The notes under the pieces: generated by a model | The model's input: only the letters and a program-made list of their open reading frames with translations | Told to the model about the DNA's origin: nothing | Database searches by the model: none | Made by a program: the position numbers and the translations under genes | Shown here: piece by piece, positions 7,245-7,511 of the stretch | Layout: the number at the start of each line of letters is the position of its first letter | How positions within the stretch are numbered: position 1 is the stretch's first letter | Assembly: GCF_000143415.4 (NCBI RefSeq) | Contig: NW_003314664.1 | Location: forward strand, 1-7,511 | DNA from: Selaginella moellendorffii | Taxonomy: Eukaryota; Plantae; Lycopodiophyta | Reading direction: 5' to 3' | DNA length: 7,511 bases

Positions 7245-7511
7245 CTGGAGGAAAATCAAAGAAAAACGAAGAAAGATCAAGTCAGAGTTTGCAAGATCAT
7301 TATAAATGTTATGTCAGGAGACAAAGCGAAATGACCAACATTATGATCCAAACTTATCCATAGTTTACCAGTCAGACCTTCCCAATGAACAAAAGCGAGA
7401 GCAGAAATGCACGAAACTAAGAAACCGAACTATACAATAGCGCCACGACCCCGCTTCTCTGCGTGCGATGAAGACATGCCGTCTTTCTTCCTTTTTCTGT
7501 ACCGTTTTTTT

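Larger units (their letters stand above)
5719..7429. repeat. Diverged direct duplication: copy A 5719-6171, copy B 6573-7429 (6993-7397 absent from A)
   Basis: Long shared blocks, e.g. aaaggatggaagaaagtttgcgctggtttctgc, tctctgcgtgtttagagaagtcagtggagttgaaa, caagtcagacgccaaagagaaaaataaaaca and cgagagcagaaatgcacgaaactaagaaaccgaa. Confidence 0.95.

Noticed and set aside
6405-7334. + strand ORFs 6405-6800, 6950-7186, 6996-7334 and 7072-7305
   Set aside because: They are antisense to the minus-strand exon/intron structure, and the splice signals and protein similarity are all on the minus strand.

Overview
Eukaryotic, most likely land-plant, DNA with two parts. (1) Bases ~1-5002 hold a near full-length, decayed Ty3/gypsy LTR retrotransposon on the minus strand: 174-bp 5' LTR, tRNA-Ala-type PBS, intact gag with CCHC knuckle, a -1 frameshift signal (G GGA AAC plus a predicted H-type pseudoknot), then PR-RT-RH-INT (GPY, no chromodomain), PPT and a partial 3' LTR. 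A 573-bp piece of pol (2718-3290, end of protease to start of RT) is cleanly inverted; flipping it back restores the frame and both canonical junction motifs with no bases gained or lost. (2) Bases ~5440-7430 are a minus-strand mosaic of intron-containing, decayed fragments of two unrelated plant genes, interleaved: a BMI1/DRIP-like RAWUL region (two diverged copies) and a PHT4/ANTR (SLC17) anion transporter (two pieces). Family calls come from hand translation and recalled motifs, not from searches.
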